A stretch of DNA of 64,000 bases from a virus: IMG/VR virus record IMGVR_UViG_3300018080_000138, positions 1-64,000 of that record; one strand, written 5' to 3'. Both the position numbers and the translations under genes were made by a program. Every line of letters starts with the position of its first letter. Positions within the stretch are counted from its first letter, which is position 1. Of the stretch, positions 9,801 to 19,819 are shown one piece after another. Below the pieces are notes generated by a model. That model searched no databases and was not told where the DNA came from. It saw only the letters and a program-made list of their open reading frames with translations.

Positions 9801-11093
9801 GCTGGTGGTGCATTTAGTTCCGTATTATTTGGTAATTATGGCGCAGCCCCACCTGATGGTGGGAATGGATATGACTATGATTTTCTTTGTGGTGATGGTG
9901 TTGATGGTTCAGGTAATTTTTGGTTTTCAGAAATGTATTGGTATGATGGTTGGGGTACATTACCGGCTGCCGTAACATTAGTAAGATCAAAAAATAGAAT
10001 AATAAGGATGTCTTCAGTAGGTGTTCGAACTGTTGTGTTTGATTTTAGTGTTGATAACCCAGAAGCAGGATCATCATTATCCGGAGATGATATATATTAT
10101 GGTACTGTGATAACAATGGTATGGGATGATGTCCAAAATGTGCTTCATGGAACATTATTAGCAAGAAATACAATGGAATATCATTACTATGCATACGATA
10201 TTACAAACGATAAACTGTACACTACTCAAACAGCTAATAATTTTACATTCGATGTTAATAGACAGTTTATTAAGGGTTGTTATTGTTCTGATGGCTATTT
10301 GTATTGGTATTACACAGATCAACGATTTAGAGAATCTTCGGCTGTTCTTGTAAGAGTAAGTTGGGATGTTATTAATGGGTTTGAGATAACATCCTTAAGT
10401 AGTATAAGGACAAGTGAATGGAATGGTGGTGCTGATCTTATAGAAGGATCAGGGATGAGTATTTTTGGTGTGACGGCACCAAATGATAATTATATATTTA
10501 AGTATGACTCATCCTATAAGGTATGGATCTTTCATGGAAAATTTGATACAGATACAATAAGAAAATCTATAGAACGTATTGGTGAGATATTAGGATATAG
10601 ATTATTAATAAAACCAACAAAATTTTTACACCTATTAGATAGATTTACAGGATTAGATACTGTAACATTAAATAGAGAAGTAATATCTAAGGTAGGTGAT
10701 GTATCTGAGTATCCACATATTTATAATAATGTAAGTGTTAATTGGTATGACCCAGAAGGATCAAGAGGTACAGAAAGCTTTGGTAGTACTGGAATAAATA
10801 AAGAACCATTAACAATTAATAACTCACTAATAATCGACGAACATATTGCATTAGAACTTGCAAAAATTATATGGTACAAACTTGTTGGATGGAAAAATTA
10901 TATAGATAATACCGAATTAATATTTTATCATCAAATAGAGGTACAGGATATAGTGTATATTGATGTACCTTTAAAATTTTCAAAAATAAACAGTTCACAA
11001 CAATACTTAATAGAAGAACTTGTTTTTAACTTAATTAATTGGATAGTAAAATTATCAGTAGTTGAAATTGAAGAAATTTCAGAAGGTAGTTAA
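6849..11093 (+). CDS. large tail-tip/baseplate hub protein with inserted beta-rich domains
   Basis: 1414 aa after the tape measure; C-terminal IYNNVSVNW...INNSLI...IEVQDIV resembles hub/central-fibre ends. Confidence 0.7.
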   Translation: MQIFEDEAGLLAEQRSLSTECSYRCFIYERLGKIVDYDVAVAGMQNIYIEGRLDSTPHTINVIKGDFLLIESSNRSFEDEFYVNANSGYQAGGGNTCIQISLDNKYKNGFLDEGETHNAIDDDDLNGIVYKRYEVTDNIIKNSLRSINYGMDTSTYCRSKATVTQFELSNKDYFYCDRENEKGIFFSKIFNCSVTSITEGVPDTKVYYSGSSWKDNLQGSTLVPISGDTIDAEYMILSSNAELNRLEVYGTLESDGLEVGDYFTIETYRRKLVKIVAGYRSIGSDWYLLFGGIIRTDGFVVSDDNRTINIKCFGHAKDLENNYAYEAADGSYFHILSGVTIVGFSVYGNVSYGVKTINYLFSNGVAIPGINPIYVDKWFGGSRNRLIRFRPSDELSYDNGPWVTVSNSIYGNDGANVKYEEEGTYNSLERAGLISFDTDEDATIKEYGAVALSFDGGNEVDIGFSNFIVLFYDAGTATYTDITGTIIDSDGYHIDTISQTGDEIIICFKSQFFGLAMTLLSKSDYVGGVEFKYSKGEDWLALAVTDGTAGCTQSGNITYDDPGDWKPFFQDFGGTIGEVSNVYGIKIRSTSPGGTVILGMLQPFIKLYGKSGVNLDVIINYRNLPKKSVEDNVIVRHDSNNNPTVTNWYSHITGALLIEQLCTAAGIDSTKRNIPDLEVDLGKSVISLIGRCPNQNYGKLPCCSCYDSASDTYFFGVGNEVWKMTNEGFVLIGKLDPYVGDSSWDTEVTGLVDWDKVTWCLDIWKMKIDGNGYLQGIAIWHPQRRSATYYNEFHDDLHEFGRSTPCIIFRSTNLTSITHQTQADNPAGNGWSQIKSGELCHRRGVQADPGNPWAIGRLDLVLGMGRGENICIPIPQFINKLEWPGGFDTDDNYLGNAKDIEQERITTQCEADSILRYHSGTKWLVYYKYAGGIYPDDPPPDDDVGFPFTLGQAGLMIWDEVNDRWITVINTEEILYGIGAVSVTAGGAFSSVLFGNYGAAPPDGGNGYDYDFLCGDGVDGSGNFWFSEMYWYDGWGTLPAAVTLVRSKNRIIRMSSVGVRTVVFDFSVDNPEAGSSLSGDDIYYGTVITMVWDDVQNVLHGTLLARNTMEYHYYAYDITNDKLYTTQTANNFTFDVNRQFIKGCYCSDGYLYWYYTDQRFRESSAVLVRVSWDVINGFEITSLSSIRTSEWNGGADLIEGSGMSIFGVTAPNDNYIFKYDSSYKVWIFHGKFDTDTIRKSIERIGEILGYRLLIKPTKFLHLLDRFTGLDTVTLNREVISKVGDVSEYPHIYNNVSVNWYDPEGSRGTESFGSTGINKEPLTINNSLIIDEHIALELAKIIWYKLVGWKNYIDNTELIFYHQIEVQDIVYIDVPLKFSKINSSQQYLIEELVFNLINWIVKLSVVEIEEISEGS

Positions 11094-12511
11094 TGGCAGT
11101 CGCAATTGCATATCAATTTATTGATACAGGTAATAAACCTACAAGAGTATTTAGAGCACTTGACTCAACGCAGTTATGGAAGGAATCTTCTATTTTTATC
11201 TCACCACCTTACTCACCTTACTTTGTAGTGGATAGAATTACAGGTAATGATTATGTTTACTCAGTTGGTAATGCTGGTGGTTTAGAATTACGGACTGATG
11301 GTGGTCTATTGATTAATACATATTCGGCACAAGATTATTGTCCTTTTTTTATGACATCTGATAAGATTTGGTGGTTTTATAGAAATAGAGGTTCTGGTGG
11401 AAATCTTGTTGGGAATTGTGATTTAGATCTTAGTAATCCATTTACAACTGTGCCATTATCGGCAGGTGTAATATATGATGCAGCTGTTACATTTGATGGT
11501 GCATATGTATATTTTACTACAGGCAGTAAATTGTATAAGTTTAATATAAATAATATTAGTGCCGGTAATGAGATATGGTCATGGACAAGTGGTAGTAACT
11601 GCTATACTGTGTGTTGTGACTTAAATGGTGATGCCTATGTAAGTTCATTATTGACATGTACAGGAAATTATTATTGTACAAGAAAAGTGGATGGTAGTAC
11701 AGGATTGCAAGTAACACCATTTGGAAATCTTGGCACAGGATATATAATAGGAGGTGGGTTAAATTGTTGTTCCTCACCTGATAGAGATAAATTATACACA
11801 CCAACGTGGGCAGCAACATCTGCTGCTGCTACTTTTGGGGGGATTGAGTTTGATCCAAGGAGGAATAGTGAGTATACAACGGGGGGTATTTTTGTTGGTA
11901 GGACAAAGGGAGCCGATGTATTAGGAACACCTTGGAGACCTTTTACTTATTGTACCGCAATATATAATAGTAGCTATTTATTTGCCGGATCATTATATGA
12001 TGGCAGTATACAAGATTCAGGTATTCGTCGTTATACTATATCATCTGATTGGCCTGTATCACCAGGACACCAGGATCAGGATTGGTACATCCATGAGTAC
12101 AATGGTACACATCAATTTGCAGGTGATCCCACAGGATATATATCATATTATATATGGTATACTCCAATAGAAGGTGGTGAAATTGGAGCAGCGTTGGATA
12201 AGCAGGTGGATGTTTTACGAAATGTCACTGTTACAGGCACACCACCAATAGGTGGATATACATATTTTCAAGTACAGATAGCACGTGACTCAGGTTTTAC
12301 AGATATTAGTTATAATGGTTACTCAACAGACTTATATAACCATAAAGTATCACCTGATAACGGAACTTTTTATGGTACTATGGAAAATAGATTGGATAGA
12401 CTTAAACTTTATTATGTTAGAGTGCGGTGGGGCAATGATGGTGGTGAAAGTTCATGGTCTTCAGTGCTATGGTTTCAAACAGGAGAAAAGGGATCAGCCT
12501 GGTACAACTAA
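11093..12511 (+). CDS. tail-associated protein, putative beta-propeller plus C-terminal FN3-like domain
   Basis: FQVQIARDSGF...YYVRVRW...SSWS is an FN3-like signature. Confidence 0.6.
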   Translation: MAVAIAYQFIDTGNKPTRVFRALDSTQLWKESSIFISPPYSPYFVVDRITGNDYVYSVGNAGGLELRTDGGLLINTYSAQDYCPFFMTSDKIWWFYRNRGSGGNLVGNCDLDLSNPFTTVPLSAGVIYDAAVTFDGAYVYFTTGSKLYKFNINNISAGNEIWSWTSGSNCYTVCCDLNGDAYVSSLLTCTGNYYCTRKVDGSTGLQVTPFGNLGTGYIIGGGLNCCSSPDRDKLYTPTWAATSAAATFGGIEFDPRRNSEYTTGGIFVGRTKGADVLGTPWRPFTYCTAIYNSSYLFAGSLYDGSIQDSGIRRYTISSDWPVSPGHQDQDWYIHEYNGTHQFAGDPTGYISYYIWYTPIEGGEIGAALDKQVDVLRNVTVTGTPPIGGYTYFQVQIARDSGFTDISYNGYSTDLYNHKVSPDNGTFYGTMENRLDRLKLYYVRVRWGNDGGESSWSSVLWFQTGEKGSAWYN

Positions 12512-12570
12512 ATTTTAACGAGCGCAGTTAGGGTAAATTTACACTTATTACTTAAAGGTTATTAGTTTTT

Positions 12571-13434
12571 ATGAGTGATTATTCAAAAACATATAAAACA
12601 CCAACAGATGGAGTTGGTGTTCCAATATTATTAAGTGTTGGTGAAGAGTTATGTGACAATAGATTTTTTGACGACGATACCACAGGTTGGAATATATGGA
12701 ATGCATCAATAGAAAGGGAAGAATATGAAACACATATTGGTAATTATGTTTTAAAAGTAGAGGATTCAGGCGCAAACTTAGGGTTTACATATTATCAGGT
12801 TGCTGTAAATCCAGGTACATATGACCTTTTATTTGGTGGTTGGATAATGGGAATAGAATCTGATTCTTGGCAAGGAATTATAGCATTTTATGACTTAAAT
12901 ACTTTATTAGGATGGAAGTACATAAATTTTACAAATTCATGGGAATTTTACTCAATTCTCGTTTTAGATGCAACTATCACAAATGGAACATTAAATATTA
13001 GAATTTTTCCTACTATTGAAGATATAGATGTAGGTAGCATTCGTTTGATAAATCCAAAAATAAGAATTGTGAATAATATCGCAGAACTTGGGCAACCTTA
13101 TACCAGGAATGATAGTTCAAAAAAAGAGTTTTTTTATGATAATACAGTCCAAACAATGTCCAAAAATGATACTATATTACAAGGTATAAGAATAAATGAT
13201 AGTATAAATTTTAATAACATTAATAGAAATTATTTGTCTGATGCATTAGAAATATTACAATCTAAAAGAATAGTATATTATCCACATCTTGACGCAGACA
13301 TATTTTACTTGGTAAGACCAGATGGTGATTGGGGATATGGTTATTTAAGTAATAAGTATCTTGCACAGACATTTACCATTTTATTAAGAAATCTTGAGTT
13401 GAGAGATTTCTTGTCAATGTATGGAGGTTGGTAA
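12571..13434 (+). CDS. tail protein with carbohydrate-binding-module-like insert (evolved Dit-like)
   Basis: N.FFDDDTTGW CBM-like start; C-terminal half paralogous to 13428-14705 (YPHLD/FPHPD, YLSNK/YFSNK). Confidence 0.5.
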   Translation: MSDYSKTYKTPTDGVGVPILLSVGEELCDNRFFDDDTTGWNIWNASIEREEYETHIGNYVLKVEDSGANLGFTYYQVAVNPGTYDLLFGGWIMGIESDSWQGIIAFYDLNTLLGWKYINFTNSWEFYSILVLDATITNGTLNIRIFPTIEDIDVGSIRLINPKIRIVNNIAELGQPYTRNDSSKKEFFYDNTVQTMSKNDTILQGIRINDSINFNNINRNYLSDALEILQSKRIVYYPHLDADIFYLVRPDGDWGYGYLSNKYLAQTFTILLRNLELRDFLSMYGGW

Positions 13435-14705
13435 TGCCTGTACCTGATACACCAATTATATATACACCTAAGGATAATGATTCTGGAGTAGATAGAAATT
13501 TATGGATAGTAACATCAGAATACACATCTGGTGGTGCTGAACCTTTTATTGAGTCAGATTGGCAAGTTGCAACTGATGAATTTTTTACCAATATAGTATG
13601 GGAAGATTCCGCATCAGATGCAGAATGGATAAACCAAGTATCTACTGATAGTATAAATTACCAATCAAATTTAATGTATAACCATGGCCTGGGATTTGGT
13701 GAATCTTATTGGGTACGTGTACGATGGAAAAATATGCATGGTTATAGTGACTGGAGTGTACCTGTTAATTTTGCTGTATTAGTAGGTACAAATTTTGTTA
13801 GGTACGTAACAGGTGGTGCGTCTCCACCATTAGTCGCAATTACTACAGATGAGAAGTTTTTTGAAAATGGAACAGATATCCGAGATAGTGTATATTTTAG
13901 AAATAAGTTACAGGGTTGGTATACAACCGATATGCATGATACAGCAGAACCTCATATAACAAGATATGGTAATATTTTTTCTCAGCATGTTTTTAGAATA
14001 CCTGATAATGATCCATTATCGGCGATATATTCTTATTTGGATTGGACACCAGAAGACACTTCATATGGTGTTCTTGTAATTTTGTGGATAAGGGCATCTA
14101 CAGATACAACAGCAACGGTTGCCATAACAAATAATCAGGCAGCATTTGACCCAGCAGATACTTTGGTATTAAGGAAAGTAAATATTAGTGATTCTCTTAG
14201 GCGATACGTATTTTATTACCCAAGAGTACCATCACTATTTGAGTCAGATCAAAGAAGATTATGGGTATGGCCAACAGAAGTAGATGATATATCTCAGGAA
14301 GCAACTGTTGACATCGCAAAAGTAATTGTTAGAGATGTAATTGAAGATGTTCAACTTCCACAACCAATTAGTTATATCTTAAAATTTGATAAACAACAGG
14401 ATTCAAGGTATAATATATTGGATGGATCTGAGAAAAATTATATAGATGGTTTTTCATTTGACATTAATATACAATATGATTTATTATCAGCATTAAATAC
14501 AATTGGATTACGAAAAATATATAACGCAAGTAATATTTTTATGTTTCCTCATCCTGATACTTTATGGTGCAATGGTGTAGTGTTTAATAGTGATTTTTTA
14601 AAGGCATATTTTTCAAACAAAGTAATTTATGGTTATGGGGGGAAATTAGTCGTCAAGTCGAAGGAAAATTTTCCAGACTTAGACTATACAACTGTGGAGG
14701 TTTAA
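13428..14705 (+). CDS. tail protein: FN3-like + CBM-like + Dit-like C-terminus
   Basis: WQVATDEFF...YWVRVRW...SDWS; C-terminus shared with the upstream gene. Confidence 0.55.
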   Translation: MVMPVPDTPIIYTPKDNDSGVDRNLWIVTSEYTSGGAEPFIESDWQVATDEFFTNIVWEDSASDAEWINQVSTDSINYQSNLMYNHGLGFGESYWVRVRWKNMHGYSDWSVPVNFAVLVGTNFVRYVTGGASPPLVAITTDEKFFENGTDIRDSVYFRNKLQGWYTTDMHDTAEPHITRYGNIFSQHVFRIPDNDPLSAIYSYLDWTPEDTSYGVLVILWIRASTDTTATVAITNNQAAFDPADTLVLRKVNISDSLRRYVFYYPRVPSLFESDQRRLWVWPTEVDDISQEATVDIAKVIVRDVIEDVQLPQPISYILKFDKQQDSRYNILDGSEKNYIDGFSFDINIQYDLLSALNTIGLRKIYNASNIFMFPHPDTLWCNGVVFNSDFLKAYFSNKVIYGYGGKLVVKSKENFPDLDYTTVEV

Positions 14706-15245
14706 ATGTTCGGTGGAACATTAGGTGATATAATTATCGGCCCAGCTTATATTGAAGTTTCAATGTTTGGTAATACTTATTGTTTAGGATATACAATAGG
14801 TGGTATATCAATTAAGCCACAAACAATTTATAATGAGTTAACAAAGATGGATACTATAGGAATATACGATTATAAAAAAGTCTCTGAAAGTATTTTAATA
14901 AAAACAGTATTATCTGAGGCTTCATTGGATCATTTAAAACTTGTCTGGGCTGGATATAGTGAAGTTTCATCAACATGCTTTTATGGTGGCGATGATGTAT
15001 CTATTCCTGGTATTGGGTTAAAGTTTATTGGACCAGGTCCAAATTGTATTAGAAGAGAAGTAACAATATGGAGAGTGGTTGCATATGATGTTGGTGAGTA
15101 TATTGCTGTTGGTAGTCAGGCAACAGTGTTACCAATTGTATTTAAAGGTGTTCAGGATATGGCCAGAGTAGAAGGTAAACGTCTTTATATGGTATGTGAT
15201 TATCCAGAGCGGCAATTTAATTTATTAGAAGGAATTGAGGAATAA
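14706..15245 (+). CDS. second tail-tube-like protein (paralog of 2924-3469)
   Basis: Shared IIIG, GYT.GG, L.EA.L..lK.VW, F.GPGP.C, V.P.VFK motifs. Confidence 0.8.
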   Translation: MFGGTLGDIIIGPAYIEVSMFGNTYCLGYTIGGISIKPQTIYNELTKMDTIGIYDYKKVSESILIKTVLSEASLDHLKLVWAGYSEVSSTCFYGGDDVSIPGIGLKFIGPGPNCIRREVTIWRVVAYDVGEYIAVGSQATVLPIVFKGVQDMARVEGKRLYMVCDYPERQFNLLEGIEE

Positions 15246-16504
15246 TGAAAAAAACTGATAAAGAAATAATAAAGTTTATACAATCATACGTTATTGAAGA
15301 TAAGACATTATCTTCTGCAAAAATAAATGAAAAATTACAGGAAAAAGGATTTGCAATAGCTGAGCGGACAATTAGAAAAATAGTCGCAGCCCAAAAGTCA
15401 GAAATTAGAAAAAAAGAAAAAGATAAAGAAATGTCTTTAATGCTTGAGAATGAGCAGTTAAAGGCACGGACTAAAAGTTTAACAAAGGAAATATCTGATT
15501 TAAAAAATTATTCTTCAAAGCAACTTAATATAATTAATAAACTGCGGTATATTGTTCCAAAAATTCAACTTGTTGATTTTTGTAAAAAACAGGAAATTCC
15601 TAAACCTAAAACAAATAGAGGTGTATCTGAAGCATGCCTATTATTATCGGACTCACATATTGGTGAAACTGTTATTTATGAACAAATGGAAGGTTATAAT
15701 GAGTATGATTTTAATATTTTTTGTTCCCGTTTGTATTTATTAATTAGAGAAACTATTCATACTACATTACTTATGAGTAGTATGTCAAAGTTAGATACAC
15801 TAAATGTATTTATGCTTGGTGACATGGTAAGTGGTGAAATCCATGAAGAATTAATGAAAACAAATGAGTTAATGTCTTTACAAAGCTGTGCAATGGGTGC
15901 ATTAGTATTTGCACAAGCAATTATAAAATTATTAACTGTGTATAAAAAAATTAAAATATTTTGTGTTGTTGGTAATCATGGTAGAACAACAAAGAAAAAG
16001 GAAAGTAAATTTGGACATATTAATAATTATGATTGGATTTTATACCAGTTACTGAGATCATACTTATTAAATTATGAAAAGAAAAATTTAGTGGATTTTA
16101 TAATACCAGATAGCTTAGAAGCAATAGCCTGTATCTTAAATTATAGAATTCTTTACGGTCATGGTGATGCAATAAGAATGTTTTATCGCACACCATTTTA
16201 TGGTATAGAAAATGACAGTGCTAAGCAACAGCGTATGCGAAGATTAAACCATGGATTTGATTTTCGTGTTATGGGACATTTTCATGAGCAATCTAATTTA
16301 AAAAATGAAGTATTAATGAATGGTTCGATGATTGGTCCAAATGAGTATGGAAAGAATAAATTACATGAAGTTGCACCACCTGTACAAAAGTTTTTTGAGA
16401 TAAATGAAAAGTATGGTATTGGTTGGGAATTTAATTTTAATCTTACAAATGCCGATGAGCATGACTTTAAAATAAACATTGATGATACATTAAATATTTT
16501 ATGA
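15245..16504 (+). CDS. calcineurin-like metallophosphoesterase with N-terminal HTH/coiled coil
   Basis: LSDSHIG, LGDMVSG, VGNHGR, HGD and GHFH motifs. Confidence 0.85.
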   Translation: MKKTDKEIIKFIQSYVIEDKTLSSAKINEKLQEKGFAIAERTIRKIVAAQKSEIRKKEKDKEMSLMLENEQLKARTKSLTKEISDLKNYSSKQLNIINKLRYIVPKIQLVDFCKKQEIPKPKTNRGVSEACLLLSDSHIGETVIYEQMEGYNEYDFNIFCSRLYLLIRETIHTTLLMSSMSKLDTLNVFMLGDMVSGEIHEELMKTNELMSLQSCAMGALVFAQAIIKLLTVYKKIKIFCVVGNHGRTTKKKESKFGHINNYDWILYQLLRSYLLNYEKKNLVDFIIPDSLEAIACILNYRILYGHGDAIRMFYRTPFYGIENDSAKQQRMRRLNHGFDFRVMGHFHEQSNLKNEVLMNGSMIGPNEYGKNKLHEVAPPVQKFFEINEKYGIGWEFNFNLTNADEHDFKINIDDTLNIL

Positions 16505-16525
16505 TAATAACATCCCGGAGGACTT

Positions 16526-17017
16526 ATGAAATGTTCTGTTCCCAAGTTAAACGGGAAGTTTGGTAGAATTGTACCACATTATAAAAATAAAAAAATAGAC
16601 CATGTTTGTCTTGAAGGTAAATATCAAAATATTCTTTTGACATGCCAAGCTACTGTTACGTTTAAAAAAGGATATCTTTATTTTCGGATAAAAATAAATA
16701 AGAATACAAAGTATATAGCAGTGCATAGACTTGTATATGCATTTATACATGGGTACATACCAAAAACACACCATGTCCATCATAACGATGAAGATAAGTT
16801 AAACAACTTCCCAAAAAATCTAAAATTATTACTAATTCCAGTTCATATGAAGTTACATGGAAGGAATAAATCGGAAAAAACATTTACTGAGATAAAGAAA
16901 AAACAGGAAAAAGTATGTGATGTTTGTAAAAAATCACAACCTATACGTTTTTTTAAAGCCTTTAATGATACTTGTAAACAATGCACCAAGAAAGGTTTAA
17001 TTGCGGATGAATTATGA
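16526..17017 (+). CDS. HNH endonuclease with C-terminal Zn finger
   Basis: VHRLV..AF...VHH.DEDKLNN...NL; CDVC...CKQC. Confidence 0.85.
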   Translation: MKCSVPKLNGKFGRIVPHYKNKKIDHVCLEGKYQNILLTCQATVTFKKGYLYFRIKINKNTKYIAVHRLVYAFIHGYIPKTHHVHHNDEDKLNNFPKNLKLLLIPVHMKLHGRNKSEKTFTEIKKKQEKVCDVCKKSQPIRFFKAFNDTCKQCTKKGLIADEL

Positions 17018-18383
17018 AGAAACAATATTACAGTTAATAAACGATAAAAGCCCACTAAAACTATTTATAAAGGCAAGATTAAAAATAAAGCAACAATATT
17101 TTTCGGATAAGTTACACAGATTAATATGGAAGTTACTATGTAAGACATATGTTATTACAGGAAAATTACCTGGTGAAAAAGTTTTTTATGATATTGTTAG
17201 TAAGCTTGAAATTGACGATGAGTTAAAATCAAATGTAACTTATAGGTATAAGGAATTAACAACATATGGTAGTCCGGATAATGATGGATTTAATTATGCG
17301 TTGACGATGTTACCACAAGAGTATAATAAAAGAATGTATATAAGTATTCTAACAACGTCTATTGCGTGCATTGATAATAAGATAAAATTCTCTGGAAAGA
17401 TGTATGAAGGATTAGAACAATCAAAACAATATTTAATGGCAAGGCTTTCGGCTTTGCAGGCAAACATGGAGGTAGAACATTTTAATTTCAGTATGATGTG
17501 GAAAAACTTTTTATTAGCAAAAACACAAAAGAAAGTACCTGGTATTCTTTCTGGAATAGATTGTCTTGATAACTTAACACGTGGTGGTGATCCTGGTGAA
17601 GTATGGATTTTATTTGCCTTTGCAGGGGAAGGTAAATCAATGCTAACAGCAAATTGTGCCTATAATGCACGTATTAACCAGAAAAAAAATATAGTATTAT
17701 TTATTGGTGAAATGAATAAACAGATTTACGCAAGACGGTTACTTGTTAGACATTCATGGCATAATAAATTTGGATTAGAAGAAGGTTTTTTATACGATAA
17801 TATTAAATATGGTAAATTAGGAAAAGAGGATTCTATTCTATATAAAAAGATAATTAAAGATTTTATTAGTGGTGATTATGGTAAACTTAGATTAGAGTCT
17901 ATTCCAATGGGTGCAACACCTGAGTATATTTGGTTAAAACTTTGTGAGATTCAGCAAGAGTTCCCTATTGATGCAGTATATATTGATAGAGTTGAGTTAC
18001 TGTCATCTACACAAAAAAGAGCAAATATTCGTGTAGAATTAATGGAAATTCTTCAGCAACTTAGACAGCAAAGTTTAGATTTTAATAAAGGAAAGGGATT
18101 ATTTTATTTCTTAGTAAATCAAGTTGGTAGAGCTGCATGGAAGGAGGCTTTAAAAGTAGGTAGATATACTCTTGCAGATGGTGCTGAGACAGGAGAAATT
18201 GAAAAGACGGGTGATATTGTTATGTGGTTATTACGTGATAAGGATGTAACTGAGTTACAAAGAATAAAATTTGGGATTGCAAAGAATAGAGATGGAAAAG
18301 TGCTACCAGAGACATACCTTAAAACTTTATATGAAAGATCATTTATAGGTAACCTTGGTAAAGTAGATGAGGTAATTCTTTGA
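17007..18383 (+). CDS. dnaB: DnaB-like replicative helicase
   Basis: Walker A AFAGEGKS, GEM, IDRVEL, NQVGR, IEKTGD and AKNRDG motifs. Confidence 0.88.
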   Translation: MNYEETILQLINDKSPLKLFIKARLKIKQQYFSDKLHRLIWKLLCKTYVITGKLPGEKVFYDIVSKLEIDDELKSNVTYRYKELTTYGSPDNDGFNYALTMLPQEYNKRMYISILTTSIACIDNKIKFSGKMYEGLEQSKQYLMARLSALQANMEVEHFNFSMMWKNFLLAKTQKKVPGILSGIDCLDNLTRGGDPGEVWILFAFAGEGKSMLTANCAYNARINQKKNIVLFIGEMNKQIYARRLLVRHSWHNKFGLEEGFLYDNIKYGKLGKEDSILYKKIIKDFISGDYGKLRLESIPMGATPEYIWLKLCEIQQEFPIDAVYIDRVELLSSTQKRANIRVELMEILQQLRQQSLDFNKGKGLFYFLVNQVGRAAWKEALKVGRYTLADGAETGEIEKTGDIVMWLLRDKDVTELQRIKFGIAKNRDGKVLPETYLKTLYERSFIGNLGKVDEVIL

Positions 18384-18988
18384 ACGGATTAGAAAAACTT
18401 TGTAATACAGTTTCTATTGAACAAGTATTAGTTGATATGGGATTTAATATTGATACAGGAAATTCAAGACAACAAATAAAATGTCCTTTTAAGAAATTTC
18501 ACCAAGATGGTGATTTTCATCCATCTGCAAGAATCTATAATGACACCAATAAATTGTATTGCTTTACTGAAAAAAAAGTACGTAATGTAGTTCAAATAGT
18601 ATCTGAGTTAAAAGGTATACCAAAAAATGATGCTATTAATATTATTGTAAAAAAATATTTAAAGCATGTTGATTTATCTAAATATAATAAAAATTTAATG
18701 TGTACTAAAAAAATAAAGGAAGAGAAATTAATATATAGTTATTTTTATACATATAGTAATAAGCTGATTCGTGCTCATCAAAAAATTAGAAAACTTTTTC
18801 CTGATACCATGTACATTGACAGTGTTTATGATTATATATTTGATGTAGCTGATAATTCAAGGTTTAGAGAATTATCAAATGTTGTTGATTGGTATTTTTG
18901 GGCAAAAAAATTGTATAAAAATGAAATTTTACAAGCAAATAAAATTAAATTATCTTGCATGAAGTGTCGCAATCTGTCTATTAGATAG
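18380..18988 (+). CDS. primase-type CHC2 Zn-finger protein lacking a TOPRIM catalytic domain
   Basis: CPFKKFHQDGDFHPSARIY...LYCFT; only 202 aa. Confidence 0.7.
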   Translation: MNGLEKLCNTVSIEQVLVDMGFNIDTGNSRQQIKCPFKKFHQDGDFHPSARIYNDTNKLYCFTEKKVRNVVQIVSELKGIPKNDAINIIVKKYLKHVDLSKYNKNLMCTKKIKEEKLIYSYFYTYSNKLIRAHQKIRKLFPDTMYIDSVYDYIFDVADNSRFRELSNVVDWYFWAKKLYKNEILQANKIKLSCMKCRNLSIR

Positions 18989-19025
18989 AACTAAATATAT
19001 TAGTTAACTTGCATAAAGGAGAATT

Positions 19026-19805
19026 ATGCGTCATTTAAAACCAATTTCAGATAAGGCACTGATGGAAAAATGCCCCCCCATATTTTCAAAAGAACCAAAG
19101 CCTATAGTTTCAAAAAAATATCAATTTATATCAACATTAAGTATAATAAAGGAGATGCGGAATATAGGTTGGTACCCTGTTGCCGCTGAATATCGCCATG
19201 GAAGAGGTAATGATACTAATATATACCAACGTCATTTAGTGCGGTTTCAAAAATCTGACTTACAATTTAATAATGAGGCAATTGAGGCTGTTTTATCAAA
19301 CTCACACAATAAATCATGTGGATATAGTATGCGTGCAGGTATTTACCGCCTTATTTGCTCAAATGGTTTGGTGATAGGTAGAGATATTACAGAGTACAAC
19401 CATAGACATTTAAATATAACATATGATGAAATTTTAAGTAACTCAGAAGCTGTGGTACGAGAAGCTTATCAAATTTTACAAATCGCATCTAAAATGAAAT
19501 CAATACTTTTATCTGGTTCTCAACAAAAAGAATTGGCAAAGCAAGCATTGATTAGTATAAATAAATCAGATAAATTTGATAGTTCATTATTACTTAAGCC
19601 AAGACGTGAGATAGATAAAAAAAATGACTTATGGACTATATATAATGTTATCCAAGAAAATATAATGAAAGGTGGTGTAACATACTCAAAAGAGAATAAA
19701 GATGGGAAAACAAAAATCAAACTGACAAGACCAATTAATAACATAACTAAAAATATTCGTTATAACTCAAAGTTATGGAACCTCGCCAATGCATTTTTAA
19801 ATTAA
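19026..19805 (+). CDS. DUF932 family protein
   Basis: SKKYQFIST, NSHN, GIYRLICSNGLV and DLWTIYNVIQEN motifs. Confidence 0.85.
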   Translation: MRHLKPISDKALMEKCPPIFSKEPKPIVSKKYQFISTLSIIKEMRNIGWYPVAAEYRHGRGNDTNIYQRHLVRFQKSDLQFNNEAIEAVLSNSHNKSCGYSMRAGIYRLICSNGLVIGRDITEYNHRHLNITYDEILSNSEAVVREAYQILQIASKMKSILLSGSQQKELAKQALISINKSDKFDSSLLLKPRREIDKKNDLWTIYNVIQENIMKGGVTYSKENKDGKTKIKLTRPINNITKNIRYNSKLWNLANAFLN

Positions 19806-19819
19806 TAGGAATTTACTTT

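Noticed and set aside
6849-14705. Diversity-generating retroelement or invertible tail-fibre cassette
   Set aside because: No reverse transcriptase, invertase or template/variable repeat pair was noticed.
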